Part shown: one piece after another, positions 19,503-28,655 of the stretch
Layout of the letters: the number at the start of each line of letters is the position of its first letter
Numbering within the stretch: position 1 is the first letter of the stretch
NCBI GenBank assembly: GCA_963750825.1
Contig: CAVVSL010000001.1
Coordinates: 2,253-66,252 of the forward strand
Source of the DNA: an uncultured Bacteroidota bacterium
GTDB taxonomy: Bacteria > Bacteroidota > Bacteroidia > Chitinophagales > Chitinophagaceae
Direction of reading: 5' to 3'
DNA: 64,000 nucleotides
The notes under the pieces: generated by a model
What the model saw: only the letters and a program-made list of their open reading frames with translations
What the model was told of the DNA's origin: nothing
Database searches by the model: none
Position numbers and translations under genes: made by a program

Positions 19503-22334
19503 TTAAAGTTTGTAAAATGCTTTGGTATCCCTTCCGTTCCTGGTACTTACTTTGAAGAAATAGGGACCATGGTATAATTGTGCAGTTGGAATTTCAAACA
19601 CGTTATTTCCCTGTACCAGTGTTTTTTTGATGCTCCATTTCACAGTACCATAGATATCGAATATGGACAGTTCCGATTCAACATTTTCATTTCTGCTCCA
19701 AATGGTTGCCATCATCCGGGTAACCACCGGGTTGGGATTAAGGGTCACTATTCTTACATAATCGATATTGGTTGGAGACAGATTGGAACTGTCCTGAACC
19801 ACTACCTGTTTGCAGGTTTCTGCTACACAACCATTGAGCGTTTTCACTGTCAGGCAGGTAGTATATACACCCAGTAGTGGGAATTCCTTAACCGGATTGG
19901 TTACATTGCCACTCAGCACCGTATTATCGCCAAACTTCCAGTTTCGCTGAATGATACTATCACCCTGAGCTGCGCTGTTACTGCTATTGAATTGTATTTT
20001 TTTAGGACTGATCCTTTCCGCCGTGAAATCAACCTTTACGGCGCAATTTGCCGGTGCGATGATGACAGTTGCAGAAAATTTACTTTCACAACCGGTTTTG
20101 GTTTTAATGTAAAGAAGCACATTATAAGTTCCGGGTTTCAGGAAAGTGTGTGAAAGCTCAGACAGATTACCTGTAACAGGAGCGCTATTATCGCCAAATA
20201 CCCAGGAGCGCCCCACAATGCTATCAGTTGCAGAACTGGCAACAGATCCAAGACTGTTGAACTTGACCTGTCCGTTTTGTACTGTGAAACTGAACTGGGC
20301 TTTACAGCCTGTGGGAGCCGGTTTGGCAGGGATAACTACCGTTACTGCATATTTGCTCTCACATCCGTTTTTGGTTTTGATAACCAGGTAAACAGTTCGC
20401 GTGCCGGCCTTTGTAAAAGTATAGGTTGGTTTGATGACATTTCCGGAAAGAGATATTGCCGAAGATGTGTCGTTGAAATACCATGTACGGCTGATAACAC
20501 TGTCTTCTTTGGAACTTCCATCTGAAGTTTCGCTGTTGAACCGTACAATGGAATCATTTATAGTTACACTAAAATAAGCTTTACACTGTGGCTGAACCCT
20601 TGGTGCAGTGATGATAATATTACCCGTAAACTTACTTTCACAGCCATTTTTCGTTTTGATGATAAGGGTAACAGCATAGGTGCCGGGCTTTGCATATTTA
20701 TAGAAGGGATTAGCCACATTTCCTTCCAGGCTCACTGACACAGAACTGTCACTGTAATACCAGGTACGGCTAACGATGCTGTCTTCTTTGGAACTGCCAT
20801 GAGAACCTTCACTGTTAAAATAAACCGTTGAGTCTTTGTAAGTATAATTGAAGATTGCTTTGCAATTAACCTGTTCGGGTTTGGGCGGAATAACCACTGT
20901 AACTGATGTTTTGCTTTCGCAACCACTTTTGGTTTTTATCAGCAGGTATACTTGGTAGGTTCCGGGCTTGTTAAAGGTATGCGCTGTTTTAATTACATTA
21001 CCTGTAAGTACACCATTGCTGCTACTGTCCATGAAAAGCCAGGTACGGTTGGTGATACTGTCTTCCAATGTAGCCCCGGTGGATGATTCACTATTGAAGT
21101 AGACAACGGATTCTTTGAGGGTGAATGTAATAGCTGCTTTACAATTGCCGGTTACCGGTTTAGGAAATATATTAATGATGGCTGTATACTTACTTTCACA
21201 TCCGCTTTTCGTTTTGATGACCAGGTATACCTGGTAGGCACCGGGCTTTTGGTAAGTATGTGTTGGCTGAATGGTATTATCAGTTAGGGATGCATTGGTA
21301 TTCCCATCCATAAAATACCAGGTACGGCTGATGATGCTATCCTGGCTATTGCTGGCATGGGATTCTGTGCTGTTGAAAGTAACTGTAGAATCTTTAATGT
21401 TGAAACTGAAAAATGCTTTACATGCAGGAAGTACTGGAATGCTGTCTTTTATTTCCAGGGAAAAACAGGCTGTTTTTTCGCAACCTCTGGCAGTTTTGAT
21501 TTTCAGACAAACCTCATATTTGCCATTATACTGAAATTGCTTAACAGGACTGATCTGGTTACCTTCCAAATAACTGTTGTCACCAAACTTCCAGTAGCGT
21601 TGAATAATGCTGTCTCCCGGATTGAATGAAGATTGACTGCTGTTGAAACGGAAACTCCTGAATCCTGTTTTTTCAAACAATACTTTCACCTGCACCTGGC
21701 AGTCATTACTTCCATTTGCAACGATTACCGTAGTACAATATTTGCTTTCACAACCTTTTTTTGTTTTGATGGTAAGGCATACTGTATACGTCCCTGGCTT
21801 TGCGTACAAATGGGTAGGGTCAAGTGAATTTCCGGTCGCCGGCTGAGAACTATCCCCGTATGACCATGTTCGGCTGATTATACTATCTCCTGCGGAGACC
21901 TCAGCATTAGCACTATTAAATTTAATGCCAGTGGCAGTAGGGCTAAAGGAAAATTGGGCCCTGCAACTTATCGGGGTGGTTGAAACCGTTAAGGGACAGA
22001 TGGTAAAATTGCTTTCAGCTATTTTATTGTTATTAGGAAATGCTTCCTGCACAATTTTAGCACCGGTACAATTTTCCACTACAATCAGTAATTTCCTGAT
22101 GTCACCATTACAACTCAGTGTATCGGTATAATAGCCGTTGGCATTGGTTTGTACAACATGAGCTAATATACAGCCAGCAGCGGTGGAATCTGAGTATATA
22201 CTAACAGTCCGGTTGGCTATTGCTTTGTTGCTGCTATCCTTCACATACCCTTTAACAATCACCGTATTGGCAAACAATTGATGCTGAAGTAGCAGGGAGG
22301 CGATAAAGAAGAAAAGGCGTATCATTTTTTTCAT
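19503..22334 (-). CDS. PKD-repeat T9SS cargo protein (8 PKD domains)
   Basis: Signal peptide; eight roughly 90-aa repeats C..FNS..DSI.SR.W.FGD..PG.Y.V.L.IKTK.GC; C-terminal NPNPV...IFDIYG...GPYFFKV T9SS type A signal. Confidence 0.88.
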   Translation of the reverse strand: MKKMIRLFFFIASLLLQHQLFANTVIVKGYVKDSSNKAIANRTVSIYSDSTAAGCILAHVVQTNANGYYTDTLSCNGDIRKLLIVVENCTGAKIVQEAFPNNNKIAESNFTICPLTVSTTPISCRAQFSFSPTATGIKFNSANAEVSAGDSIISRTWSYGDSSQPATGNSLDPTHLYAKPGTYTVCLTIKTKKGCESKYCTTVIVANGSNDCQVQVKVLFEKTGFRSFRFNSSQSSFNPGDSIIQRYWKFGDNSYLEGNQISPVKQFQYNGKYEVCLKIKTARGCEKTACFSLEIKDSIPVLPACKAFFSFNIKDSTVTFNSTESHASNSQDSIISRTWYFMDGNTNASLTDNTIQPTHTYQKPGAYQVYLVIKTKSGCESKYTAIINIFPKPVTGNCKAAITFTLKESVVYFNSESSTGATLEDSITNRTWLFMDSSSNGVLTGNVIKTAHTFNKPGTYQVYLLIKTKSGCESKTSVTVVIPPKPEQVNCKAIFNYTYKDSTVYFNSEGSHGSSKEDSIVSRTWYYSDSSVSVSLEGNVANPFYKYAKPGTYAVTLIIKTKNGCESKFTGNIIITAPRVQPQCKAYFSVTINDSIVRFNSETSDGSSKEDSVISRTWYFNDTSSAISLSGNVIKPTYTFTKAGTRTVYLVIKTKNGCESKYAVTVVIPAKPAPTGCKAQFSFTVQNGQVKFNSLGSVASSATDSIVGRSWVFGDNSAPVTGNLSELSHTFLKPGTYNVLLYIKTKTGCESKFSATVIIAPANCAVKVDFTAERISPKKIQFNSSNSAAQGDSIIQRNWKFGDNTVLSGNVTNPVKEFPLLGVYTTCLTVKTLNGCVAETCKQVVVQDSSNLSPTNIDYVRIVTLNPNPVVTRMMATIWSRNENVESELSIFDIYGTVKWSIKKTLVQGNNVFEIPTAQLYHGPYFFKVSTRNGRDTKAFYKL

Positions 22335-22514
22335 ACAAGTATTTTTGACTTACACAATAGACTCCTTCCATTTGCATGTTGCAGCCTGTTTTGTTAAATA
22401 TTTTTTATGAAACAGGCTCTTTGGTAGTACAAAACCCTCTAAAGTGGTATCAATCAACATTTTTAATTTTTTATCCTGTTGGCGTTTGCATTCTTGAATT
22501 TGACCGCCAATCCC

Positions 22515-22522
22515 TACTTTTG
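22515..22522 (+). promoter_or_regulatory. -7 promoter element for efp
   Basis: TACTTTTG, 37 nt before the ATG. Confidence 0.6.
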
Positions 22523-22559
22523 CGGCTTACCTAAAAGGGAAAACCTTAAAACAAAGAAA

Positions 22560-23132
22560 ATGGCAACTACATCAGACATTAGCCGTGGATTGATACTGAA
22601 ACTGGACGGAAGCTTGTATTCCGTTGTAGAATTTGGTGAGAATAAGACTGCCCGGGCCGCAGCCAAAGTCTGGGCCAAATTAAAGGGGGTTGATAACAAA
22701 CGCTCAATTGAAAAAACCTGGAATAGCGGAGAAAATATTTATCCTATCAGGGTTGAGAAAAAAGCGTTCCAATTCCTGTACAAGGACGATACGGGGTATA
22801 ACCTGATGAATAATGAAACATTTGAGCAGATTGCCCTGAATGAGGAAATGATTGATGCACCCCAGTTTTTGATGGAGGGAGCCGAGGTATTTGTTTTCAT
22901 TAATACAGAAACAGAACTGCCCATTGGCGCTGAGCTTCCTGAAAAAATTGTTGTAAAAATCACTTATTGTGAACCGGGATTAAGGGGCGATACAGCTACC
23001 CGTGCCTTAAAAGCCGCTACCGTTGAAACCGGTGCAACTGTGATGGTTCCCCTGTTTGTGGAAGACGGAGAATTGATCAGGATCAATACCAAGGATGGTT
23101 CTTATGTTGAACGTGTAAAAGAAGCCAAATAA
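22560..23132 (+). CDS. efp: Elongation factor P (Arg32 loop variant)
   Basis: QFLYKD, ETFEQI, EPGLRGDTA, KAATVETG and VPLFV; canonical efp-accB-accC context. Confidence 0.95.
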   Translation: MATTSDISRGLILKLDGSLYSVVEFGENKTARAAAKVWAKLKGVDNKRSIEKTWNSGENIYPIRVEKKAFQFLYKDDTGYNLMNNETFEQIALNEEMIDAPQFLMEGAEVFVFINTETELPIGAELPEKIVVKITYCEPGLRGDTATRALKAATVETGATVMVPLFVEDGELIRINTKDGSYVERVKEAK

Positions 23133-23374
23133 ATTTTTTAGTCCGTATTGGGGTATACTATCCTTAGGGTCCCCCTTTTCGGAAAGTTTCTTATGACTCC
23201 AATCGATTGTATACAGGGTTTTCTTAAACGGAATGTTGTTTTCGGAACCCCCATTTTGTATACTGAATGTCGCCATACCCGATGTAAAGAAAATCCCCTC
23301 TTTTATCAAAAAAAGGCTATTTTGCCCAACTATTTCACCCAAAATCACTGTTTTTACCCTAAAATCTGCTATTT

Positions 23375-23848
23375 ATGGACTTAAAGCAAATTCATGAATT
23401 GATTAAAATTATCAATAAAAGTAATATTGGTGAGATCAGTATTGAAGACAAGGATGGTAAGGTAACCATCAAACAAAAGGAGGAAGCTCCTGTTACCGTA
23501 GCTGCTCCTGCTGCCACCCAGGTATTTACCACTTCCCATCAACCGGTTGTAGCATCCGCACCTATGCCAGCAGTTGCTCCCGCAGCCCCACCGGCCAAAG
23601 CTGATAACCTGATAACCATTAAAAGTCCTATGATTGGGACATTTTATCGCAGGCCTTCACCTGATAAGCCGCTAATGGCAGAAGTAGGTACTGAAATTGC
23701 GCCTGGAAAAGTAGTTTGTATCATCGAAGCCATGAAGCTTTTCAATGAAATTGAAAGTGAAATCAGCGGAACGATTGTGAAAGTACTGGTGGATGATGCC
23801 AGTCCCGTTGAATATGACCAGCCATTGTTTCTGGTGGAGCCGGCTTAA
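23375..23848 (+). CDS. accB: Acetyl-CoA carboxylase biotin carboxyl carrier protein
   Basis: SPMIGTFY, EAMKL biotinylation motif and an Ala/Pro-rich linker. Confidence 0.98.
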   Translation: MDLKQIHELIKIINKSNIGEISIEDKDGKVTIKQKEEAPVTVAAPAATQVFTTSHQPVVASAPMPAVAPAAPPAKADNLITIKSPMIGTFYRRPSPDKPLMAEVGTEIAPGKVVCIIEAMKLFNEIESEISGTIVKVLVDDASPVEYDQPLFLVEPA

Positions 23849-23935
23849 ACCCAAATCCTGTTTGCTGCCAAAAGGGCTCTGCTGAATAGGATATATTGAG
23901 CCATTGAGGCATTTCCTAAATTTCAAATTGATCCT

Positions 23936-25273
23936 ATGTTCAAAAAAATACTGATAGCCAACCGGGGTGAGATTGCGTTACGTGTCATCAGGACCTGCCG
24001 GGAAATGGGCATCAAAACAGTTGCGGTGTATTCTACCGCTGATAAGGATAGCCTGCATGTGAAATTTGCAGATGAAGCGGTTTGTATAGGCAAACCAGCC
24101 AGTGTGGATTCTTACCTTAATATTCCACATATTATGGCAGCGGCAGAAATCACTAATGCGGATGCGGTGCATCCCGGATATGGATTTCTGGCTGAGAATG
24201 CCAAATTTTCCCAGATATGTGCCGACCATGGTATCAAGTTTATCGGACCTACTCCCGATATGATTAATAAAATGGGAGACAAGATAACGGCCAAGGAAAC
24301 CATGATTAAAGCTGGCGTCCCTGTAGTTCCCGGAGGAGAGGGTTTGTTGGAGAGTATTGAACAGACCAAAGAACTGGCCAAAGTGGTTGGTTATCCGGTA
24401 ATCCTGAAAGCTACTGCGGGTGGGGGAGGAAAAGGGATGCGTGTGGTTTGGGAAGAAAGTGAGATAGAAAAAGCCTATTCTTCTGCCAAAATGGAAGCTG
24501 CGGCCTCTTTTAAGAATGATGGAATCTATATGGAAAAGTTTGTGGAAGAACCCCGCCATATAGAGATACAGGTTGCTGGTGACCAGTATGGAAATGTATG
24601 TCACCTAAGTGAAAGAGATTGTTCCATTCAGAGAAGGCACCAGAAACTGGTGGAAGAATCCCCATCTCCGTTCATGACTAAGGAACTACGGCAGAAAATG
24701 GGTGAGGCAGCCATAAAAGCGGCTTCGGCTATTAATTATGAAAGTGTAGGTACAATTGAATTTCTGGTTGACAAGCACCGCAATTTCTATTTTATGGAAA
24801 TGAATACACGGATTCAGGTGGAGCATTGTGTAACGGAAGAAGTGGTTAGTTTCGATTTAATTAAAGAGCAGATAAAAATTGCTATGGGTGAGCGGATATC
24901 CGGAAAGAATTATGAACCGCAAATGCATGCCATTGAATGCCGGATTAATGCGGAAGATCCTTATCATGATTTTCGTCCCTCTCCCGGAAAGATTACTGTA
25001 TTGCATACTCCGGGTGGACATGGGGTAAGGGTAGATAGCCATGTATATGCCGGTTATGTCATTCCTCCTTATTATGATTCCATGATTGGGAAGTTGATTA
25101 CTGTTGCCCAAACAAGGGAAGAAGCCATTGATACCATGTACAGGGCGCTAAGTGAATATGTAATTGAGGGTGTCAAAACAACCATCCCTTTTCACTTGCA
25201 ATTAATGCAGAACGAAGATTTCCGGAAAGGTAATTTTACTACTAAATTCCTGGAGTCTTTTACAATAAAATAA
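23936..25273 (+). CDS. accC: Acetyl-CoA carboxylase biotin carboxylase
   Basis: [25 protein letters not shown] and [10 protein letters not shown]. Confidence 0.98.
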   Translation: MFKKILIANRGEIALRVIRTCREMGIKTVAVYSTADKDSLHVKFADEAVCIGKPASVDSYLNIPHIMAAAEITNADAVHPGYGFLAENAKFSQICADHGIKFIGPTPDMINKMGDKITAKETMIKAGVPVVPGGEGLLESIEQTKELAKVVGYPVILKATAGGGGKGMRVVWEESEIEKAYSSAKMEAAASFKNDGIYMEKFVEEPRHIEIQVAGDQYGNVCHLSERDCSIQRRHQKLVEESPSPFMTKELRQKMGEAAIKAASAINYESVGTIEFLVDKHRNFYFMEMNTRIQVEHCVTEEVVSFDLIKEQIKIAMGERISGKNYEPQMHAIECRINAEDPYHDFRPSPGKITVLHTPGGHGVRVDSHVYAGYVIPPYYDSMIGKLITVAQTREEAIDTMYRALSEYVIEGVKTTIPFHLQLMQNEDFRKGNFTTKFLESFTIK

Positions 25274-25291
25274 ATAAACTACCCAATTATT

Positions 25292-25326
25292 AAAAAAACC
25301 TCATCCGGATACAGATGAGGTTTTTT
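25292..25326. terminator. Bidirectional terminator
   Basis: AAAAAAACCTCATC-N8-GATGAGGTTTTTT between convergent genes. Confidence 0.85.
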
Positions 25327-25344
25327 AGTAGGAGTCCTTTTTCA

Positions 25345-25710
25345 TTAAGGGCGACCACCGCCACCACGACCGCCTCTTGGCATGGACATTGCTTCGATTA
25401 CTTTCTTGGCAAGATCAGCAGGAAGTGCTTTTTCCAGTCTTTTGTTTCTTTCTTCGTTCATTTCTTTCATTTTTGCGGCTCTTTCGGTTTCGTCCATATC
25501 CCTGAGTGCCATCATTTTGGGACGCATGTCAGCTGAAATGGCTATTACAGAATCTACCTGAACATCATTCAATCCCAAAGCTTTGTACCTTTCTTTTTGC
25601 ATGGCCATCCTTTGTTCAGGAGACATCTGTTGACCACCACCGCCCTGGGCCATAACTGTTGACAGGGTACAGAAAAGTACCAGGGTTACTAAAACAATAA
25701 TTTTTTTCAT
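25345..25710 (-). CDS. Small secreted helical protein (Spy/DUF4890-like)
   Basis: Signal peptide; MSPEQR..LGLNDVQ helical motif; Met-rich with Gly-rich ends. Confidence 0.75.
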   Translation of the reverse strand: MKKIIVLVTLVLFCTLSTVMAQGGGGQQMSPEQRMAMQKERYKALGLNDVQVDSVIAISADMRPKMMALRDMDETERAAKMKEMNEERNKRLEKALPADLAKKVIEAMSMPRGGRGGGGRP

Positions 25711-25824
25711 TTTGTGTGTTTTAATTTAGAACAGAAAAGTAAATACTTTCTTCATGTGATTTTCGGGTTTTCGGTAGAGGGGAGTTCCCAGTCGGCATGT
25801 GCCTGTTAAATTCGGGTTAATGGC

Positions 25825-25858
25825 AAAAAAAGCCCTTTCTGTGAAAGAAAGGGCTTTT
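25825..25858 (-). terminator. Terminator of glnA (type III)
   Basis: AAAAAAAGCCCTTTCT-gtgaa-AGAAAGGGCTTTT. Confidence 0.85.
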
Positions 25859-25878
25859 GAATTGTTATAAAGTAGCTA

Positions 25879-28071
25879 TTACCGGATGAACAGCATTTCC
25901 CTGTATTTGGGAAGGGTCCACAGGTCGTCGTCCACCAGGTGTTCCAGTTTATCAACCCGGTAGCGTATGTCATCAAAGAAGGCCGCTTTTACCTGGCTTT
26001 CATAAGCGATTGCTTTTTCACGGGTGTCACTGATATTGTTGGCCACTTTTCTGGCTTCCACCATCTGGTGTACCTTTTCGTTAATTACCTGTATGTGATC
26101 ACTTACGGCTTTCAGAATTTCTAACTGGCTGGCATAAGCAGATTCGGGCAGGCCGGCTGCTTTTAAACCATTTACGTTGGTCAATAAAATGTTCTGGTAC
26201 TTAATGGCTGCCGGAATGATGTGATTGATGGCCAGGTCTCCCATGATGCGGCCCTCAATCTGCACTTTCTTAATGTATTTTTCCAGTTCAATTTCATGTC
26301 TGGCTTCCAGTTCAGAATGCGTATAAACACCGTTGGATTCGAAAAGCTGTTTTGCTTTGTCAGAAATCATGGCATCCAGCGCAACAGGCGTAGTTTTCAG
26401 GTTAGGTAAACCCCGACGTTCGGCTTCCTGGTGCCACTCCTCGCTATAGCCATCGCCTTCAAACAATACTGCTTTGCTTTCTACAATATATTTCTGAATT
26501 ACCTGCATGATGGCAATTTCCTTTTTATCCCCTTTTTCGATCAGCGAATCAACATCCCCTTTGAATTTTTTCAGGGTATCAGCCATAATGGTGTTCAGCA
26601 CTGTCATCGAAATGGCACAGTTGGCAGATGACCCAACCGCACGGAATTCGAATTTATTCCCGGTAAAGGCAAAGGGGGAGGTCCTGTTTCTGTCAGTATT
26701 GTCCAGCATCAGTTCCGGTATACTGCGATGAAGGTCTAATTTAAGGATGGCTTCATCCTGTTCGTCAAACTTTGTATTCACCCTTGATTCCACATCGGAC
26801 AAAACTTTTGAGAGATACTGTCCAACGAAAACAGATATAATTGCCGGAGGGGCTTCATTGGCGCCCAAACGGTGATCATTCGGGGCCGATGCAATAGCTG
26901 CCCGCATGATGTCGGCATGATCATGAACCGCTTTGATGATATTGACAAAGAATGTCAGGAACATCAGGTTGGTTTTAGGTGTTTTTCCGGGTGCCAAAAG
27001 GTTTACACCTGTATCGGTAGCCATGCTCCAGTTATTGTGCTTACCACTTCCGTTGATTCCGGCAAATGGTTTTTCATGGAGCAATACCACTAAATGGTGT
27101 CTTTTGGCCACGCGGGTCATTACATCCATTAATAAGGTATTGTGGTCTACGGCAATATTTACTTCTTCAAAAATGGGAGCACATTCGAATTGTGCAGGCG
27201 CAACTTCATTGTGGCGGGTACGCAAAGGAATACCGAGCTTGTAGGCTTCCTGCTCATAATCGCGCATAAAAGCATATATCCTTTCAGGGATAGATCCAAA
27301 ATAGTGGTCTTCCAATTGCTGTCCTTTGGCAGGTGCAGCGCCAAATACAGTGCGGCCGCACTGAACCAGGTCTGGACGGGCATTTACGAGACCCTCGTCA
27401 ATTACAAAGTACTCCTGTTCCCAACCCAGGGTAGCCGTAACTTTGGTTACATTTTTATCGAAATAATTACATACATCCACTGCTGATTTATTCAGCGCTT
27501 CCAGTGCTTTTAAAAGTGGGGCCTTGTAATCGAGAGACTGACCCGTATACGATACAAATATGGTAGGAATGCATAGGGTTCTCCCTTTGCCAATCTGGAT
27601 GATGAATGCGGGAGAAGACGGGTCCCAGGCAGTATATCCCCTGGCTTCAAAAGTAGCCCTCAGGCCACCGCTGGGGAAGGAAGACGCATCGGGCTCCTGT
27701 TGTATGAGCGCAGCGCCATCAAATTCTTCTATTTCAGTGCCATCACTTTTTAAAGTAAAAAAGGAGTCGTGTTTTTCAGCAGTAGTGCCGGTCAAAGGTT
27801 GAAACCAGTGCGTAAAGTGTGTAACGCCTTTGCTTTCCGCCCAGGCCCGAACACCGTTGGCAATTTGATTAGCCATGAAACGGTCTATCTTTTTACCACC
27901 TTTAATACTGGTAACCAGACTCTTATAGGCTTCGTCGCTTAAAAATTCACGTGCAGTTGATAGCGTAAATACATTTTCATTGAAAATGCCGGTGATTTTG
28001 GTGCTAACAGGACCGGAGGCTGAACTGGGTTCATTGGTGATAGTACCAATGGCGTTAAATCGTAATGACAT
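25879..28071 (-). CDS. glnA: Glutamine synthetase type III
   Basis: 730 aa; THFTHWFQPLTG, EPDASSFPSGG, NGSGKHNNWS and DRNRTSPFAFTGNKFEFR. Confidence 0.96.
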   Translation of the reverse strand: MSLRFNAIGTITNEPSSASGPVSTKITGIFNENVFTLSTAREFLSDEAYKSLVTSIKGGKKIDRFMANQIANGVRAWAESKGVTHFTHWFQPLTGTTAEKHDSFFTLKSDGTEIEEFDGAALIQQEPDASSFPSGGLRATFEARGYTAWDPSSPAFIIQIGKGRTLCIPTIFVSYTGQSLDYKAPLLKALEALNKSAVDVCNYFDKNVTKVTATLGWEQEYFVIDEGLVNARPDLVQCGRTVFGAAPAKGQQLEDHYFGSIPERIYAFMRDYEQEAYKLGIPLRTRHNEVAPAQFECAPIFEEVNIAVDHNTLLMDVMTRVAKRHHLVVLLHEKPFAGINGSGKHNNWSMATDTGVNLLAPGKTPKTNLMFLTFFVNIIKAVHDHADIMRAAIASAPNDHRLGANEAPPAIISVFVGQYLSKVLSDVESRVNTKFDEQDEAILKLDLHRSIPELMLDNTDRNRTSPFAFTGNKFEFRAVGSSANCAISMTVLNTIMADTLKKFKGDVDSLIEKGDKKEIAIMQVIQKYIVESKAVLFEGDGYSEEWHQEAERRGLPNLKTTPVALDAMISDKAKQLFESNGVYTHSELEARHEIELEKYIKKVQIEGRIMGDLAINHIIPAAIKYQNILLTNVNGLKAAGLPESAYASQLEILKAVSDHIQVINEKVHQMVEARKVANNISDTREKAIAYESQVKAAFFDDIRYRVDKLEHLVDDDLWTLPKYREMLFIR

Positions 28072-28640
28072 AAGGTTTAATTTTTTTAACTGCCCGAAAG
28101 TACGGTCAAAATTTTCAAAAATGAACTTTTCAAAAAAAAATAGTAAAAAATGAGCAAAAAAGAGGGATTTTTATTATATAGAATATAATTTAATATAAAT
28201 TAATTCAATATGAAGGACTGTTTACTATTTTTTCACCGGAAATTGGGCAGGCTTTCCATCTTTACAGCTTTTTGGGGAAACTGTATACTTTTGAAAAGTA
28301 GTGCAGTCCAAACTTTTCTTTTCCCAAAATGCAGGCATATCTATAGTATCTGCCCAACCCCAATCTTAAATAAAGTAAATCTGCAGAAATGAACAGGGTT
28401 GAGAATTTACCTTATGGCATTTCCTGATAAAACAGGGGTATCAGTTACCAGTTTCTAAAAACCGGGTTCCATATATTAGTTATGTGGCCGGAGAAATGTG
28501 TGAATATAAAGTATGGGAAATAAGCTGCCACTGATGCAGGGTGATTATTAATAATTCATTGGACACACACCTGTGGGTTTTCTTAGCAGGGGATATGAAA
28601 TATTCCAACTAGTGCATTAACCATTGCGCCATCTGTTCCT

Positions 28641-28648
28641 TACCTTTG
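28641..28648 (+). promoter_or_regulatory. -7 promoter element for purL (near-leaderless)
   Basis: TACCTTTG only 7 nt before the ATG. Confidence 0.6.
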
Positions 28649-28655
28649 CGCCATC

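Noticed and set aside
28210-28392. 60-aa ORF between glnA and purL
   Set aside because: No motif or coding-like composition; likely spurious.
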